Positions 13,601 through 26,990 of a stretch of 64,000 nt of DNA are shown here, in pieces. The notes under the pieces are model-generated. The model was not told where the DNA came from. It made no database searches and saw nothing but the letters and a program-made list of their open reading frames with translations. Source of the DNA: Podarcis gaigeae (Eukaryota); assembly GCA_964106915.2 (NCBI GenBank), contig OZ066924.1; one strand, given 5' to 3'. Both the position numbers and the translations under genes were made by a program. Numbering within the stretch: the first letter of the stretch is position 1; each line of letters starts with the position of its first letter.

Positions 13601-14937
13601 AGATCCATGGAAATAAATTGCGTTAAGTCTGTTCATTTTGACAGGCCTACTCTGAGTATTACTAACATTGGATATAACCCAATATGTAAAACTCAATACT
13701 GCTAGACTAAGCCCCAAATGTTGCAGAATTCCAATTTCCTACATATGTAGCTACCGCTTGTTCTGCAAATTCCTCCCTCTGATCACCTATTCCAGCTGTA
13801 CCTGCAGCTTGAACTAAGGGGTGTGATCAGCTCTGCTAGTGTTTAGTCAGACAGTCAAATAATTTGAAACTCCAGATCACCTCATCAACGTAAGAATACC
13901 TGCCTGCCTCTGTGATGGTAAAGGCCATCACCTATTTGATGCCCGCTGGTTGAATCTGGAATCCTTCAGAAAGGACAGGATGAAAAAATCAGATGCAATA
14001 AAAGATAACAGAAAAATTGTTTGGTTTCCATAACCCCTTGGTCCAAACAAGCTACTCTCATAACTTTGACTTTCCCAGTATGTACTTAAATTGGTGCTGG
14101 TTTTACTTGGGACAGTCAGGAATTAATCATGCCCATCTTCAAAGCCATGTCTCCTCACAAATTTTACAACTCTGTTTCTAGGGGCTGTCACTCAAATTAA
14201 AAATGTCTTGTTTCTTGTGTTAAATGCAGAATTAGCCATATTAACATTTTCTTCAAAGTGTTAATAACTAAAAGACACTCTAAGCATCACTTTTGAAAGC
14301 AGCCTTGATCTATCATAATGCAGCAATCGTTCCTGATCTCACATTAAGGCAATTGACATCAAAAGCAGCACTGTTTGGTTCTGAATTAACTTGCAGTAGC
14401 CATTCTGAGTTCAGCATTGAGAGATCACATTTGGACTTGTGTTAGTCTCTCTGGGACTGTGGGTTTGCAAACTATTGAATACATTACTCTGATTCTTGCA
14501 AGGAGCTTTTTCTCTCTCGTCAAATATAATATACATAACAGTGATCAATTTATTGAGTATTCCAAGTATGACACAAGTCATATTGAAGGCAGTTCTTATT
14601 AACTTTATTAACTGTTTAGGAACATAAACTAAATTAGATTTCTCTCTTTACTAAAATGCCCCTGGATTTAGGGAACTTGTTACTTAAATGTATAGATAAA
14701 TGTTCTAAGAATGGGTTTACAAAATAACACAATGGAAATATATTTGCTGGGAATTTCTGAATCTAATGAGGTTATGTAATTATTTATTATAGAATTAAAC
14801 ATTTCAATTACTGTATGTCCAAGCTCTGGACAAGGACATTTTAAAACTATAGCCCTGGAATATTAAAGAGAATATTAAAAATGAACTGCTTCTTAAAAAT
14901 AATGCTCTGCCCATCTCTAGTCACGATAATGCTTCCT

Positions 14938-14939
<2 letters not shown>

Positions 14940-14987
<48 letters not shown>
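14940..14987. repeat. (CA)n microsatellite
   Basis: About 24 perfect units. Confidence 0.98.
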
Positions 14988-14989
<2 letters not shown>

Positions 14990-15444
14990 TCAGTGCCAAG
15001 TTTGCCCTTGTTTGCTTTCTTTCCCATCCTTAATTTTGTATGGCTAGTGATAGATTTTTAACATTGCATTCTGACACTTTTGCCAAAGGTACACATTTCC
15101 GACAATTTCAGATGTCCGCTTATGTCCTTAGTTGGCACTTAAGTTCCATATTCCAAGTGATCAGCTTTCTGATATATAAGCACCATGGCTTATTTCGAAT
15201 GTGATGCTAACCCAAATTATGGTCTAGCACAAGAATGCAAGCATGTAGAGAGATCACTGCCACTTTGCCACTTTGTTCCCCTCTGACAGTTTTGCTGCCA
15301 CGCTGAACTAAGCCATGGTTTGGTTTGGGCTGAAAAGGAGTCCTTCTGTGGAATGTATTTGTTCATACCTCCTAGGAACCTTCCACTAACCAGCTCCACC
15401 CATTATATCTGAGTTTCTGGCTTGCAGATGGGACTGAGCTTATA

Positions 15445-15753
15445 CAGGACACCTTGAGCTTTACAGATATTGCTCTTTACGAGGGCATGGGTGCAGCTGT
15501 GGGCAGCTCAGCTGCTTCCAGGGAAAGGAAGCCTCCTGCTTCCATCGCCCCTCTTCTGACCTGGCTAGGGCTAGAGCTTTGTTTCCCCCCCTGCAGCCAG
15601 CTAGCCTGGCTTAATAGACTATACTATAGTGTAAACACAACTTTTATAATGCACTGGGAAACTTTAAAAAAATGGTGCGACTCACTTTATTGCGATACTT
15701 GTTTTATTGCGGTCGTCTGGAACCAAACCCGGCATATCTCCGAGGTATGCCTG
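15445..15753 (+). mobile_element. Tigger1-like (pogo/Tc1-mariner) non-autonomous element
   Basis: TA on both sides. The 3' ~140 nt (ATAGTGTAAAC...TTTATTGCG...GTCTGGAACC...ATATCTCCGAGGTATGCCTG) resembles the recalled Tigger1 right end; the left end CAGGACACCT...CAGATATTGC is degenerate. Confidence 0.8.
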
Positions 15754-18149
15754 TACATTTTTCTTTTCGGAAATTAGCCATTGGCTATATAGGTGTAATT
15801 CATGCTGGTGAACAACCAAGATGTTAGAACTAATGGCCATGAAGATTAATGGGAAAGGAAAATTAGATTTGGTCTTGAGAATTTTTCTTCTGTGAAGTTT
15901 TATTTGTTTAACTGTGCTATATTCTTTGGCTTTCTTACTCTTCCAAATAGGGTCATATACTGGAAGATTAGTAATAACTGCTTCCATGCAAGCTAATTCT
16001 GTGGTGGTTCCGCATTGTGGAAAAAAGTGTGTTTTGGTTATTCTTGGAAGCTACACATCTCATGACATTTTAACTGGCAGGGACTAATTTAATTTGTTTG
16101 GGTGTAGTATTTTTTAAAAAATGGTGCACTCTGATTCCATAACATTAATCACTCTGCCTAATAAATGGTGAGTGCCAACAGGATTGAAGCTCAGTTGAGA
16201 CCACAGACAAACAAGAGGGCAAAACCATTGAGGACTGAGTACGTTCGGTAACCACAGAATATTAGAATGGCAGCAAGAAAGTTCAGAAATGGTTCTGTGA
16301 CCAGCCAGGGGAGAATAGTGGAATGCCTTCCTTGGTGTGAACATCTGGTTAAAACCCAAAACAAGAGCATTCCTTTTAGTAAGAAGGATACACTGCGACA
16401 TCTTGTTGTACGTCCCACTTGTTTCCTGCCTGTTTTTCTGCAAAAATATTTGTGTCGACATAAGATGTTTTGTTACTATACTCCTGAGAAAGAAAAAACA
16501 GGGGGGGATAACTTCTTAAAATGTTAGTGTTGGTTTGACTTGGGGTCAAAATGGGTAGCAAGAAGAGCAGTTTTTTAAAAAAATGCTCATATATAAATAT
16601 CTTCAAGGATGGATTATCAATGGCGCAGTTGCTGATGTTTTCAAGGGGCCCCAGGCTCTGACCTTACTTTTTTTTTAAAAGGAGGTTCGGCAGCCCTCTC
16701 AGAAAGAAACTTAGGAGGCAGGCAGGTTCAGTCAGCCTCAGTCCTTCCACCATTCTGCCTTTTTAACCAAGGAGTTTCTAATTAATCACATTAGTTTGTA
16801 ATTCCTTTGTTTGGGATATGACACTTTCAGCGACTTCCACATTCTATATACAAGCAAGCACTATAGCCACTGAGGGAGGAAAGAAGTCATTCCTCTGTGT
16901 TTGTTCAACCACCTGCTGCCCCCAGAACCGGAAAAGTGCAATTGCAAATGGATTCAGAATAACTGAAGAAGGGGACAGAACTTCTGGTCCCAGTTCAAAA
17001 TAAGTGAAGGGAGTTCACTCATCTCTACCCAAAATGGCCTTGCTTACCATCAGTGGTATCTGCAAGACCTGGCAAGATGCTTTATGTGCATTTTCGAGGT
17101 GGTATTTTTTTTAAAAAAAAAGTATCAACATGCGTAGAGGTAAATTACAACACTATTTCAGTTTCTATATTTTGCAGTGGCTATTTCCATTCACTACTCA
17201 GCATTGTGGAAGTTATATCTAATTCATATATTAATACTTCATTGGAATAATCAACAGTTCTTTCTTTCTTTTTGAACAAATCAGTATAGTGTATATGCTT
17301 ACACATTTCTTTGGGGTACATCATTCCCACTATTCTTCGGAAACATTCTTCTGAATATATACATTTGGATATATGATTTAGAAGATGAGCTATCTAGCCC
17401 TCTTGTATGGCTGGAGCACTTTTGTGAATAAGTAGGTTACATTTCTTAATCTTTTCAAGGGTTTTTCTTTTTAAGAGACTTTCCTTTTCAGTGTCGCACC
17501 CTCCCCCACAAGTACATTTCTTCTGCTTTTGCCCTGTGGAAAGAAATTAGAACTGTGATTTGGTATGCTAAATTACCTGTACTAAAAACTGTAATTTGCA
17601 ATATTAAGTCATCACTGTCATAGTTTTAGAGTTCTTTCCTCTTAAATCAGCCAGCCCTAATTACTTTTTTATTATTAAAGATGTTCATAGTGGCAATGAA
17701 GATAGCTGAAAGTGTTAGTAACAGTAAAGTGTATTGCCCACTTAAACCTATTCCAAACAAATTGTATCCTTTTTTGCATTATAAGTCCATAATTTCAGTT
17801 TAAGCATTTCCCCCCCCCCCTCTTTTATCCTTTACCTTTCTAATGGTATCCAAGCATTATAATCTGATATCATGACATTGCATCAAGTTGGAGGGGTTAG
17901 TTAGACATTGGTATGTGCATTGAGCTCAGGATAATGCTATATAATGTACACGAATATGCAAAGCTTTTAATTCTACTTGGTGCTTTCCAGCAATCCCCTC
18001 TATTGGCTGCATCACCCTTAAAACTGTTTTTGAGGGTAGGGGGGTCCTCTGAAATGAGATATTGCATCAGGAGCTGCAGTCAGTACGGGAGATTGCTGAA
18101 AAATTGGTGCCTTGCCATTTGTGTGTGGAAGCTCTTTCTGCTAGCCCAA

Positions 18150-18575
18150 AACCACCCTTGGATACTACTAGAACTGGACAAATATTTCAGTTTTAGTTTC
18201 TCCTAGCTTCTCACTTTTCAAGTTCAGTTCACCTTTCCAAAGCAATCTGCAATAAAGAGGGGTTCTCATGAAAAATCAGCTACCTTAGTGCCTATTTCTT
18301 CTAACACACCTCTTTGTATGCAATATGCCTAATGTGAACATTTTTGCAAAGCATTTTTGACTAATGTAATGCATTTCTGTATGTTATTTTCACTATTATA
18401 TGCATGCTTTTACCCTAGTATATGCATTTTCGTTGCACATTACCTGGCTGTGGAACTGCATTGAATAACTCAGAAAGGGGCGAATTTCGAAGTATGTCTA
18501 TGTTTCAGTTTGCGTATCGTTTTGCAAAATGCAAATTAGGCAAGTTCGCTTTACATGGGGGATTTCTACCCCTTC
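18150..18575. repeat. Old squamate interspersed repeat, class unresolved
   Basis: Recurrent TGCATTTT/ATGCA units and the segment GGAACTGCATTG..GCGAATTTCGAA..TGTTTCAGTTTGCG, recalled from lizard genomes. Confidence 0.4.
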
Positions 18576-20602
18576 TGCAGATACAACCTGTTAGGAACGG
18601 GCCTGAGTGAGGAAGTTCCCAATGGTTCTTACCATGTTTCTTGTTCCTGGTTAGAACAACTCAAGGAGCAGTTGAAGGCCCCACGTAGCCTCTGCCTCTG
18701 CTACACTAGCTATAACAATCAGCACTCCTCCCTTAAGACAGAAGCAGTTACTCTGTGTGCCTAAACAAATGGTAGCTTTATCCATGATAACATTGCATTC
18801 TGTATTTTTGGTGCTGCTTTTCTAATCCTTATTCTCCATTTAATAGACTGCCTATTTGTAAGATTTGTTTAATGCTTCTAAACATAGCTTCAGTGTGTTC
18901 TAGCCTTTTTCCCTCCTCCCCCTTCTTCTTTAGGCTCCTTTTGTATGTAGCTCATTCCTTCTCATGCTTGTGATCTGTGTCCTTATTCCAGGCAGGGCAA
19001 ACCCCTGTATTTTCTAGTCTACTGAGATCCCGTTCCTGCCAAAGGAAAGGAAGAAAGAGAGGACTATTTTCCTTGTATCTCCCTTTTCTTCTATGAAAAA
19101 TCTTGCAACAAAGAATACGGCTCCTTTTCCCTGTAGTGTGAAGAGATTTCAGACAAAACACTTAACCTGCATCCAATCAGGATTTGCTGCCTCTGGTTGC
19201 CAAGGGAACTTCTTTATATTCACATCATTTTAGCATAACTCAATGACTACAGTTATTTGCGGTGACTTGGTGGGAAAGCACTGTGCGTTGGTGACTTTTC
19301 CAGTGTTTTCTCTAGTGTTTTGGGTAAGCCTTGCTGGAGAATATCCATTATTTCTCCGTAACACATAGCTAACAGAAAATGGCCATTGTAAGGAAACGAT
19401 ATAATACACACACAAGTGAAACATGCACAGGAATATTACCCATTGTCCAGAATATATAGCGAAAGTTGTTATTCATTGCATATTTGGTGAAGGATCAGTT
19501 TTCTAAAACCTAGTTCACCTTGAAGCTTTTTGCAGCAGTGACGAAACGATTCCTGAATCTATCCCATCTGTGGTGGGGAAGACCAAAAAGGAATGTTGCC
19601 TGTGTAATGTCAGAGATCAGTATCTGCCTCTGTTCTGAGTCATAATGAAAGTCAGTAGTGCTCTGTATAATACATATAGATAATGCATGAATATATCCAG
19701 TGGAAATCTGGTAGCCTTCCATATTAACTTCAGTATAATATGTTGTGGTTGTGTATTGAGTATTCCTTCTGAATCTCACCTGGTACATTTCGGAGAATAA
19801 GCACGTAGACTGCAGAATATATTTATATTTATTTTTCAGGTGTGGCTTTGTTAAGAACTGTTAAACTTCATCCAAAGTTGGCTAATGGGGAGAGAGAAAA
19901 CTCACTCCTGCCCAGTCTACAGTGCCATTGATCCTCATCCAAACAGCCCAAAAATCATATTAAGACCTCCAGCTGCCCTTGCTGCCTTTGTCAGCAGCTA
20001 GAAAAGACATTTATTAGGTATATGGCAAGCTAGTGCCATTAATTTTCTTTGTGTAGCTAGTTAAGAGCCCATTAAATTTCACAGGTAAAGGGAATACAGA
20101 ACATGCCCTGAATTCATCTCTTTGTGGGAATGAATAGGCTGTGTATATAAATGGAAAAACGTGTTGCGTAAAATTATATGGGTCTCTGCTCATGAACAGA
20201 TTTCAGATCATATTCTATTTAGGCTAAAAATGTGCATCTTACATCCCAAGGGCTTGTTCACACATTCCTGTTAACTGTTTGATAACTGCAGCAATGCCTT
20301 GTATGCGTGTATGAACCAGCAGAGAGTTAGATACAATTTTAACATTACTAGAAATGTTTAGCTTGAAGCATTTAGCTGCTAGTCATTCCATGTAATCAAG
20401 TTACCAAGCTGATGCTGCAACACAATAACATGGTTGCCCCAATGAAAACTGTTCAAGTAATGTGCCTGCATCTGTGAATCAGCCCTAAATGTCTGGAATC
20501 TGACAAAATGTCTGTAGCCATCTAATCTTCAGCAAACCTGCAAGCATCTTAGGGGTGTGTGTTAATAAAGTTGAAGCAAGCTACTAGGCTTGAGAAGAAC
20601 AG

Positions 20603-20604
<2 letters not shown>

Positions 20605-20639
<35 letters not shown>
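20605..20639. repeat. (CA)n microsatellite
   Basis: About 17 perfect units. Confidence 0.97.
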
Positions 20640-20640
<1 letters not shown>

Positions 20641-21440
20641 TCTTTTGAGGGATGGGGGAGAGAAAGTGCAGGAGGCTGAATATGTTCTGTCTTCCACTCC
20701 TGTTCCAAGGATCATAAAAATTTCACAACCCTCCCCCGCCCCGTTTACTTAGCATTGCTGTGCCCTAGATCTGACAATATATACCTCCAGTAGCTATAAT
20801 GAAATCCATGGAAAGGAGGCACAAAGAATCGGGGGGGGGAGGGGGGAGGAAGACATCAAATGATGGCAGCTTTTATTCCCTGCTGTTGAAGTGAAAATGG
20901 GTAGATAGTTTGCAACCAAGGCTGGGGGGAAAAGCATTTAAACTTTATTTACAAGACAATAAATAATACAAAACCTACCTGACAAATACTGGAGATGAGT
21001 GCTGTCATTGAATTCTTATATTGTAGCTGGTGATATTTTCTTTGAGACTCACTGAAATGAGCCCTAAGTACTATTTTGGGGAGGAAAATGTTTTTACAGA
21101 GGCCCAAACAGAGCCATTGTTGCGGAAACATTGTGTGTTAGATGTGCAGTCAAATTGCTTGCCTTTATCACGTTTACGTGATGTATTAACTCCTCCGTTT
21201 ATACACGGGGATATAAAATTTGTAGATTCAGACATTGTAGAGCTGCACATCTTTGTCCTGGCCTTTGTCTGACCCACCTTGCAAGGATTGCTGCCCCAGA
21301 TAGTTTACTCTGAGATCTAAATAGTGACGCGTTTAAAACACACAATAAGAGCTTAGTTTGGAACAAGGATTTCACCTCAAATCTTATCCTCCATGCCAGC
21401 ATTAGCAAGATGTGATTTGTGGGGGTCCCAGCCTGAGCAC

Positions 21441-21697
21441 GTTCATGCCCCTTGCTAGGAGATTCCTGCATTGTAGGGGGTTGGACCATAGCTGTCAACT
21501 TTCAGATTTGAAAATAAGGGATCAGCAGCCTCACCTGTCCCGGGGACAGTCTACGGGATATCTAACAATCCGGGATAGCAGTGGGAAGCGGCGCTGGAAT
21601 AAGGGAATTTCCCGCAAAAAAGGGAAGGTTGACAGCTATGGGTTGAACTAGATGGCCCTTGGGTCCCATCCAGCTCTAAGATTCTGTGATTCTATGA
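21441..21697 (+). mobile_element. SINE with CR1-type tail, split by the MITE at 21487-21640
   Basis: GATTCCTGCATTGTAGGGGGTTGGAC | TAGATGGCCCTTGGGTCCCATCCAGCTCTAAGATTCTGTGATTCTATGA; same tail as 30559-30699. Confidence 0.75.
21487..21640. mobile_element. hAT-type MITE inserted in a SINE tail
   Basis: TIR CATAGCTGTCAAC...GTTGACAGCTATG; 8-bp TSD GGTTGGAC / GGTTGAAC (21479-21486, 21641-21648). Confidence 0.9.
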
Positions 21698-22213
21698 AAT
21701 GCCAGGCTATGTGCTATAAGAACTTTAAAAAATATTTGCATGACAATGCTGCTAGATTTTTCTTAAACTCAAATAGAGCTGACTGAAGTGCCATATCACA
21801 TTAAGGAAAGTAAACTGTATTCCATTTCCAAAGACTTAATTTTCAAACATATTACTCCCTCCAATATTGAACTCTGGTAGAGAGCAAACAGGATAGGAGG
21901 CAAAAGGGGAACCACTGAGAAACAGGTGAGATGTATTTACATACTTAGATGAACTCGTAAGGTGAAGTATAGAAGATTTTTTTTTCTTTCAAACCCAAAA
22001 GGGAGAAAAAGCACACATGCCTAAAACAATTCATTGGGGGGGGGGGGTTAGTTTGGTCTGTTTGAGACACAGCTTACTTAAAATGTCCTAGAGGGCACAC
22101 GAGTGACTTTTTGGAGCCTGAAACAGGAGCAGTCTGGATGTAGTTGGACAGCAGCTCCTGTTAATCTGTGACATGGACCACATGGGTTGACAGGGGCTGG
22201 AGTCCCAATGATT

Positions 22214-23017
22214 TGTGATTCGAGGACCCGATCCCCACTTGGGGAATAAAGACATGTGGACACGGTATATTAGGTTAATGGGCAAGAAAAGGCCACAACT
22301 TTATTGATTACAGCATGTGAGAAGGTATTGACTTAGGCATTGGACCACGGAAGACTTGACTCCACCCACTCGGAGAGGGGTGAGTCTGAAGAGGGGTTAT
22401 CCACCAGTTGGGGGAGCCTGTTGATGCTGATACAACTATAAGCTCTCCCCTGATGTCACCGAAGGTCATGCCATGGCCCCCCACCACACAGGCATCGGGC
22501 AGGATCCACGACCGCCGGATTCCTTTAACGGAATACCCAAAATTGAAAAAAATGGCCACACCTTGCCCTTCCAAACACCAACAACACATTCCAATGCCTA
22601 ACCGCCAAATACCATTAAAGTTGTGAAAGTTGTGACAATTGCTACGAGGTAGGCGAAAAGAGGCCGGTGCCAATTTGCCAATTGGAAAATACTCCTACCA
22701 GGCCCCCTGAGCAACCAGGGCGACCAACCAGAGGTCCATAGCAAAGTCAAGGGAAAAGCTAAGCCCTAAAGGGAGTGGAGGGTGGGTGACTCGTGGCGAA
22801 AATGTGAATGCAATGGCCGGGATGGCTGGCGCGGCCGCATTTGAGCGGCAAACCACGCCCCCCAATGTGTCTCCCGAATGGGTGCCCAACCGGGAGGCGT
22901 GGCGCACCAGCCATGACTATGGGCAGGGCGCAGAACGCCCCCTGCGTGACGCGGGAATCGTCTCCCGCTCACAACACCTCCCCTCCGGAAGGAGGAGAGG
23001 CCTTCTGGGACGCCACA
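22214..23017 (-). mobile_element. Probable solo LTR (ERV-like)
   Basis: About 800-nt GC/CpG-rich block in an AT-rich intron, with TGTG...CACA ends and flanks GATT/GGTT. Minus-strand AATAAA at 22301-22306 and several CCAAT boxes; no coding homology recognised. Boundaries approximate. Confidence 0.55.
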
Positions 23018-25601
23018 GGTTCCTGACCCATGTGTTAGGATGGGAGGATGCACTGCAAGATTTTAGGCTACAGATTACCAGGGAGCAAGCCCATTGAACA
23101 TAGCTGAATTTACTTCTGAGTAAAGCTATATAAAGTAAAGCTGTATAAAGTTGTGTTCTTTACTGTGTAATCTCAGGTGCCGTTTTTCAGACTCTTTTAA
23201 CCATAGGATTCTTTCAGAATTAGAATAAGCAAGTAAGGACTTAATCCTTGCAGCAAGATTTTGCATCTTCATAAACATGGCATTTAGAATATATCCTGCT
23301 CCCTTCTCACAGATTCAGAAGACTGAGATCTCTGGTTGTTTACATTTCTGATTGTTTTCTTCAGCATTCTGTAGTTCCCATGGCTACAAAAGCCATTTCA
23401 AGAACTCATAGATTCCGAAGCCATGCTGATAGAATTCTGCAAATTCTGTTTCCACTGCCCCTCCACAGAAATTCTGCCTCTGGTGTGTTTTCAACATGCC
23501 TCTGGGACTAGATCTTCAAACCAAACCCTGAATTAAATGTTTCCAAACAGAAGTAACACTTCATTCAGCTATCATGACGTTAAGGGCAGGCTAGATATAT
23601 GCATGTGACTATTACAACAGGTCCTCCAGCTCTCACTGACATATGTCACTCTCTGGAATGCTCTGTGTCTGAAAAAACGGCCTAGAACTTTGTGAACTAT
23701 CTGGTGCGGCAGGCCAAATTCTGTCATTAAGGGGGGAAAGAGCCTGCACTAGATGGTTTTGGTTTCTTTCAGCAGGTAGCCTTTCTGTAATATCACAAAC
23801 TGCTGTTGAAATCTTTCCTCCATTTCATAAGTAGTTTGCCGTATGGAGAGTACCCCAGCCAGCCAATTAGGAGCCCTGCTTGGCCTCCCAGAGGAGAGGG
23901 CAAAAGTAAATAATGTGCATCACTTTTTGTTCTCGCCTTTTTAATACATTAATATGTTTTGAGGGGAAATCATGACCTGCTGATTTATTTATGAGTAACC
24001 GAAACGGCAGAAGATTTTTCAGAATCTTGACAAAACACCCATCTTGAAACTTGTACTGTATTGGATTTAGAATTATTTGGGTAGTATGTGGAATCAACAA
24101 GGTCTGTATATTTTATTCTGCTATGTAGCATATTATACCACCTTATAAAAGTTACTGCAGAGTAGTTAAAGGAACAAATTTTTACACACACACACCCCGA
24201 ATCCCTTTTGATTTTGGGGAATTCCAGACAAGCAACAAGATTAACCTGATAACTCTAATACTTAATTCCAATCTGCTCTCCTGTAAAAACAAATAAAATA
24301 AAACCCTTGCTTTTGTTAAACTAACCACACACAAACATACAATGGAAATTAAATAGCTGTAAAACTGTTGTTTGCACTTTTACCCAGTATTTAAAAGACA
24401 ATTATTTCCAGAAAGTTGGCACTTGTAACCATACAGATGATAAAATTGATTCCAGTTACAGTCCATCTTTGTTTGGACAGGAAATACCAGTAGTGTTTGA
24501 AAAATGGATTATTAAGGACTTTTGGTTCGCTGAAGGTGGCTCACACAGCAGCGTACTAGGAAAAAGTGTAGCATTTCTCCAGCCCAGATTATTTTCTCTG
24601 CAAATCTTTGGAACAGGAAATAAAAAACAGCTAATGGTTCATGGGGCATGTGGAATTAGTTTAAGCAAACCTCAACCCTTCTCCTTCTGGCTGCCTCCTC
24701 TTTCCTATGCTGTTTTGTCTATGCTTGCCTCAGAATATGTCAACAAATTTCCTTTAAGCTCCAAAGAGAGTGAGCAGTGGGAATGCAGGCAGTATAGTGG
24801 TCCTTTCCATTAAGGGGGAAAATTTAGAACAGATGTGCATTCAAGAAGGTACAAGTTGGTCTTGTTAAAATATTTGTAAAGAAAAATAGCTTCAGGATCT
24901 TCCAAATAAATCTCTATTGAGCTCTAGAGATATGAGAAAGGGGTATGGTTTTTGTTATTCTGATAGCATTCTTTCCACACAATACTTGATGATGAATCAA
25001 GATATGCTTAGATCAGGGAATCTAAACTGAAGAGGCATAAGTAGGAACAGAAAACAGTTGTGACTTGAGGCTGGATTATTGTTTACTTAGTAGTTAATGA
25101 ACAGAATAATTGTTTCATGGTCCTCTTATATCATCAAATTTGCTGGAAAGAATGCTGCAGCAGCAAAATGACTAATTAAAATAAAATCCTATATATCCTA
25201 GAGGTCTACAGCTTTGGATACAACTACACAACCATGCTTACTATATGTAGGATTCCTGAATGAGGTTTTCCCTTAGGAGATAAACACTTAGGAAATATCA
25301 GGGTATAGTTTGATGTATGTTATCCAAGTGGCATGGATCATTAAGAACAGGGTTTGGGGGCTAATATTTTCACAGGGACAAGGGAAACACAGTGACCCTT
25401 GCAAAGTGTTATTTTAAAAATGCATTGTCATTTCTAAGCATGAATGGCATCCAAATGTATATTGAATCATTACAATTAGTTCAGTAATATTTGGGTACTT
25501 AAATGCTACCTGATGATTCATTCTTCCAGTTCAATTTCTAAAGAACAATGGTGCAAAAAAATGAAGCCAGTATTATTTTAATAAACTATTACGTATTAGA
25601 C

Positions 25602-25660
25602 CTTAAGACATATTGAAACAGAACAAAACTTAAGACATATTGAAACAGAACAGAACAGAA
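25602..25660. repeat. 27-bp-period tandem duplication ending in (GAACA)n
   Basis: CTTAAGACATATTGAAACAGAACA at 25602-25625 and 25629-25652. Confidence 0.9.
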
Positions 25661-26990
25661 TGTAGCTTTTATTAATTTTCATATTTAAACTGTTTAACAA
25701 GGTTGCATTGAGATTAATCTTTGTTTACAGTAGAGCATATGGCGTGAAACAATTACTTAAAAATAAAAATAAAACAACAATAAACATTCAGATGTTTATT
25801 AATTCAGATAAACATTCAGATAAACTATTAACAAAATTGTGGCAAAGTGTATATACGAAAATTATTACAGTTACTACAAAGAACACAACTTTTATGATAC
25901 TCCTTGCAGTTTGGTCTTAAAGTGGTGTAATGACATTGTCATGTCATCGGTCTCTGAACATTTTTTAAATTTGCATGTTGTTGTGTGTTTAAAACATGCT
26001 GTGCATTTATAAAGCTTTTATCATCCCAACTAATGCTTTGGCTCTATGTTTTGGACATAGAGTTTTGAAGTTGGGGAAGAAGGAGAGAGGAACAGGAGGA
26101 GCTCAAGATTCTCCTCCCAAAACCCTATCCAATTCTGCTCATGACATCCATGGGCCTTTAAGAAATATTAATATGTTTTAGGCTTCATTGGAATGTCATT
26201 GGTATAGTAAGGCATATCATAGGTCAATGGCAAAAGTCAATTAGTCTTATTAGTCTTAGTTTGCCAATCAGTCATTTTGTACCATGAGTCCACATTCTAC
26301 TTTATTGGCCAGTTATGTTTTGCCCATTTGACATCATGGCAAACCATGTTTTGTCTGCACTGAGCCATTGTGCATCAAGTACTGAAATTATTTTATCTCC
26401 AAAATGTGTACTTTTACTTCCCTATGATTAAGAACAACATACCACCACTCCTTTCTAATACAGTGGGGGAAAGGCACAGAAACAATGCCAAACCCTGGAA
26501 AATTGAAGTGCCTATCCTTAGAATCCAGGTGTGTCTGGTTTCTTACTTCACCAAAGAAGCTTTTATTATCTTGAAATGTAGATATACTCCTGTCAGCAGC
26601 AGAAAATGCATTTCAGAAATGTGAGCTGGTAATATACTGATACTTATCTCTTACCAAAGTGCACAGGATATGAAATTGGCATCCTCAACATATAATAATA
26701 ATAATAAACCAAGTTGCTGAATTATTGGAACATATATCTAAGAAACTGATACAGTGACAGATGAAGATAGCCACTATTGTGTACTCGTTTTATATGCCCT
26801 CTGTGCACACAGTTCAAAGTACAGGAAAATAACCAATTCCACAATGTGTGTGTGATAGATAGATACACACACACACACACAATTTTAATGGTGGCTTCCA
26901 TGTGTTTCTAGGGAAAACTGTAATAATTCCAGTATGACCAGCAAAACTTGCCTTTGATTGCTGATTTGGCCTCTTTCTCATAATCCTTAG

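Noticed and set aside
22308-23097. Cluster of overlapping ORFs on both strands as a possible nested gene or viral gene
   Set aside because: Explained by high GC content (few stops) in the putative LTR; no recognisable protein motif.
24988-25030. TGATGA...CTGA as a C/D-box snoRNA
   Set aside because: Too short, with no terminal stem or recognisable guide sequence.
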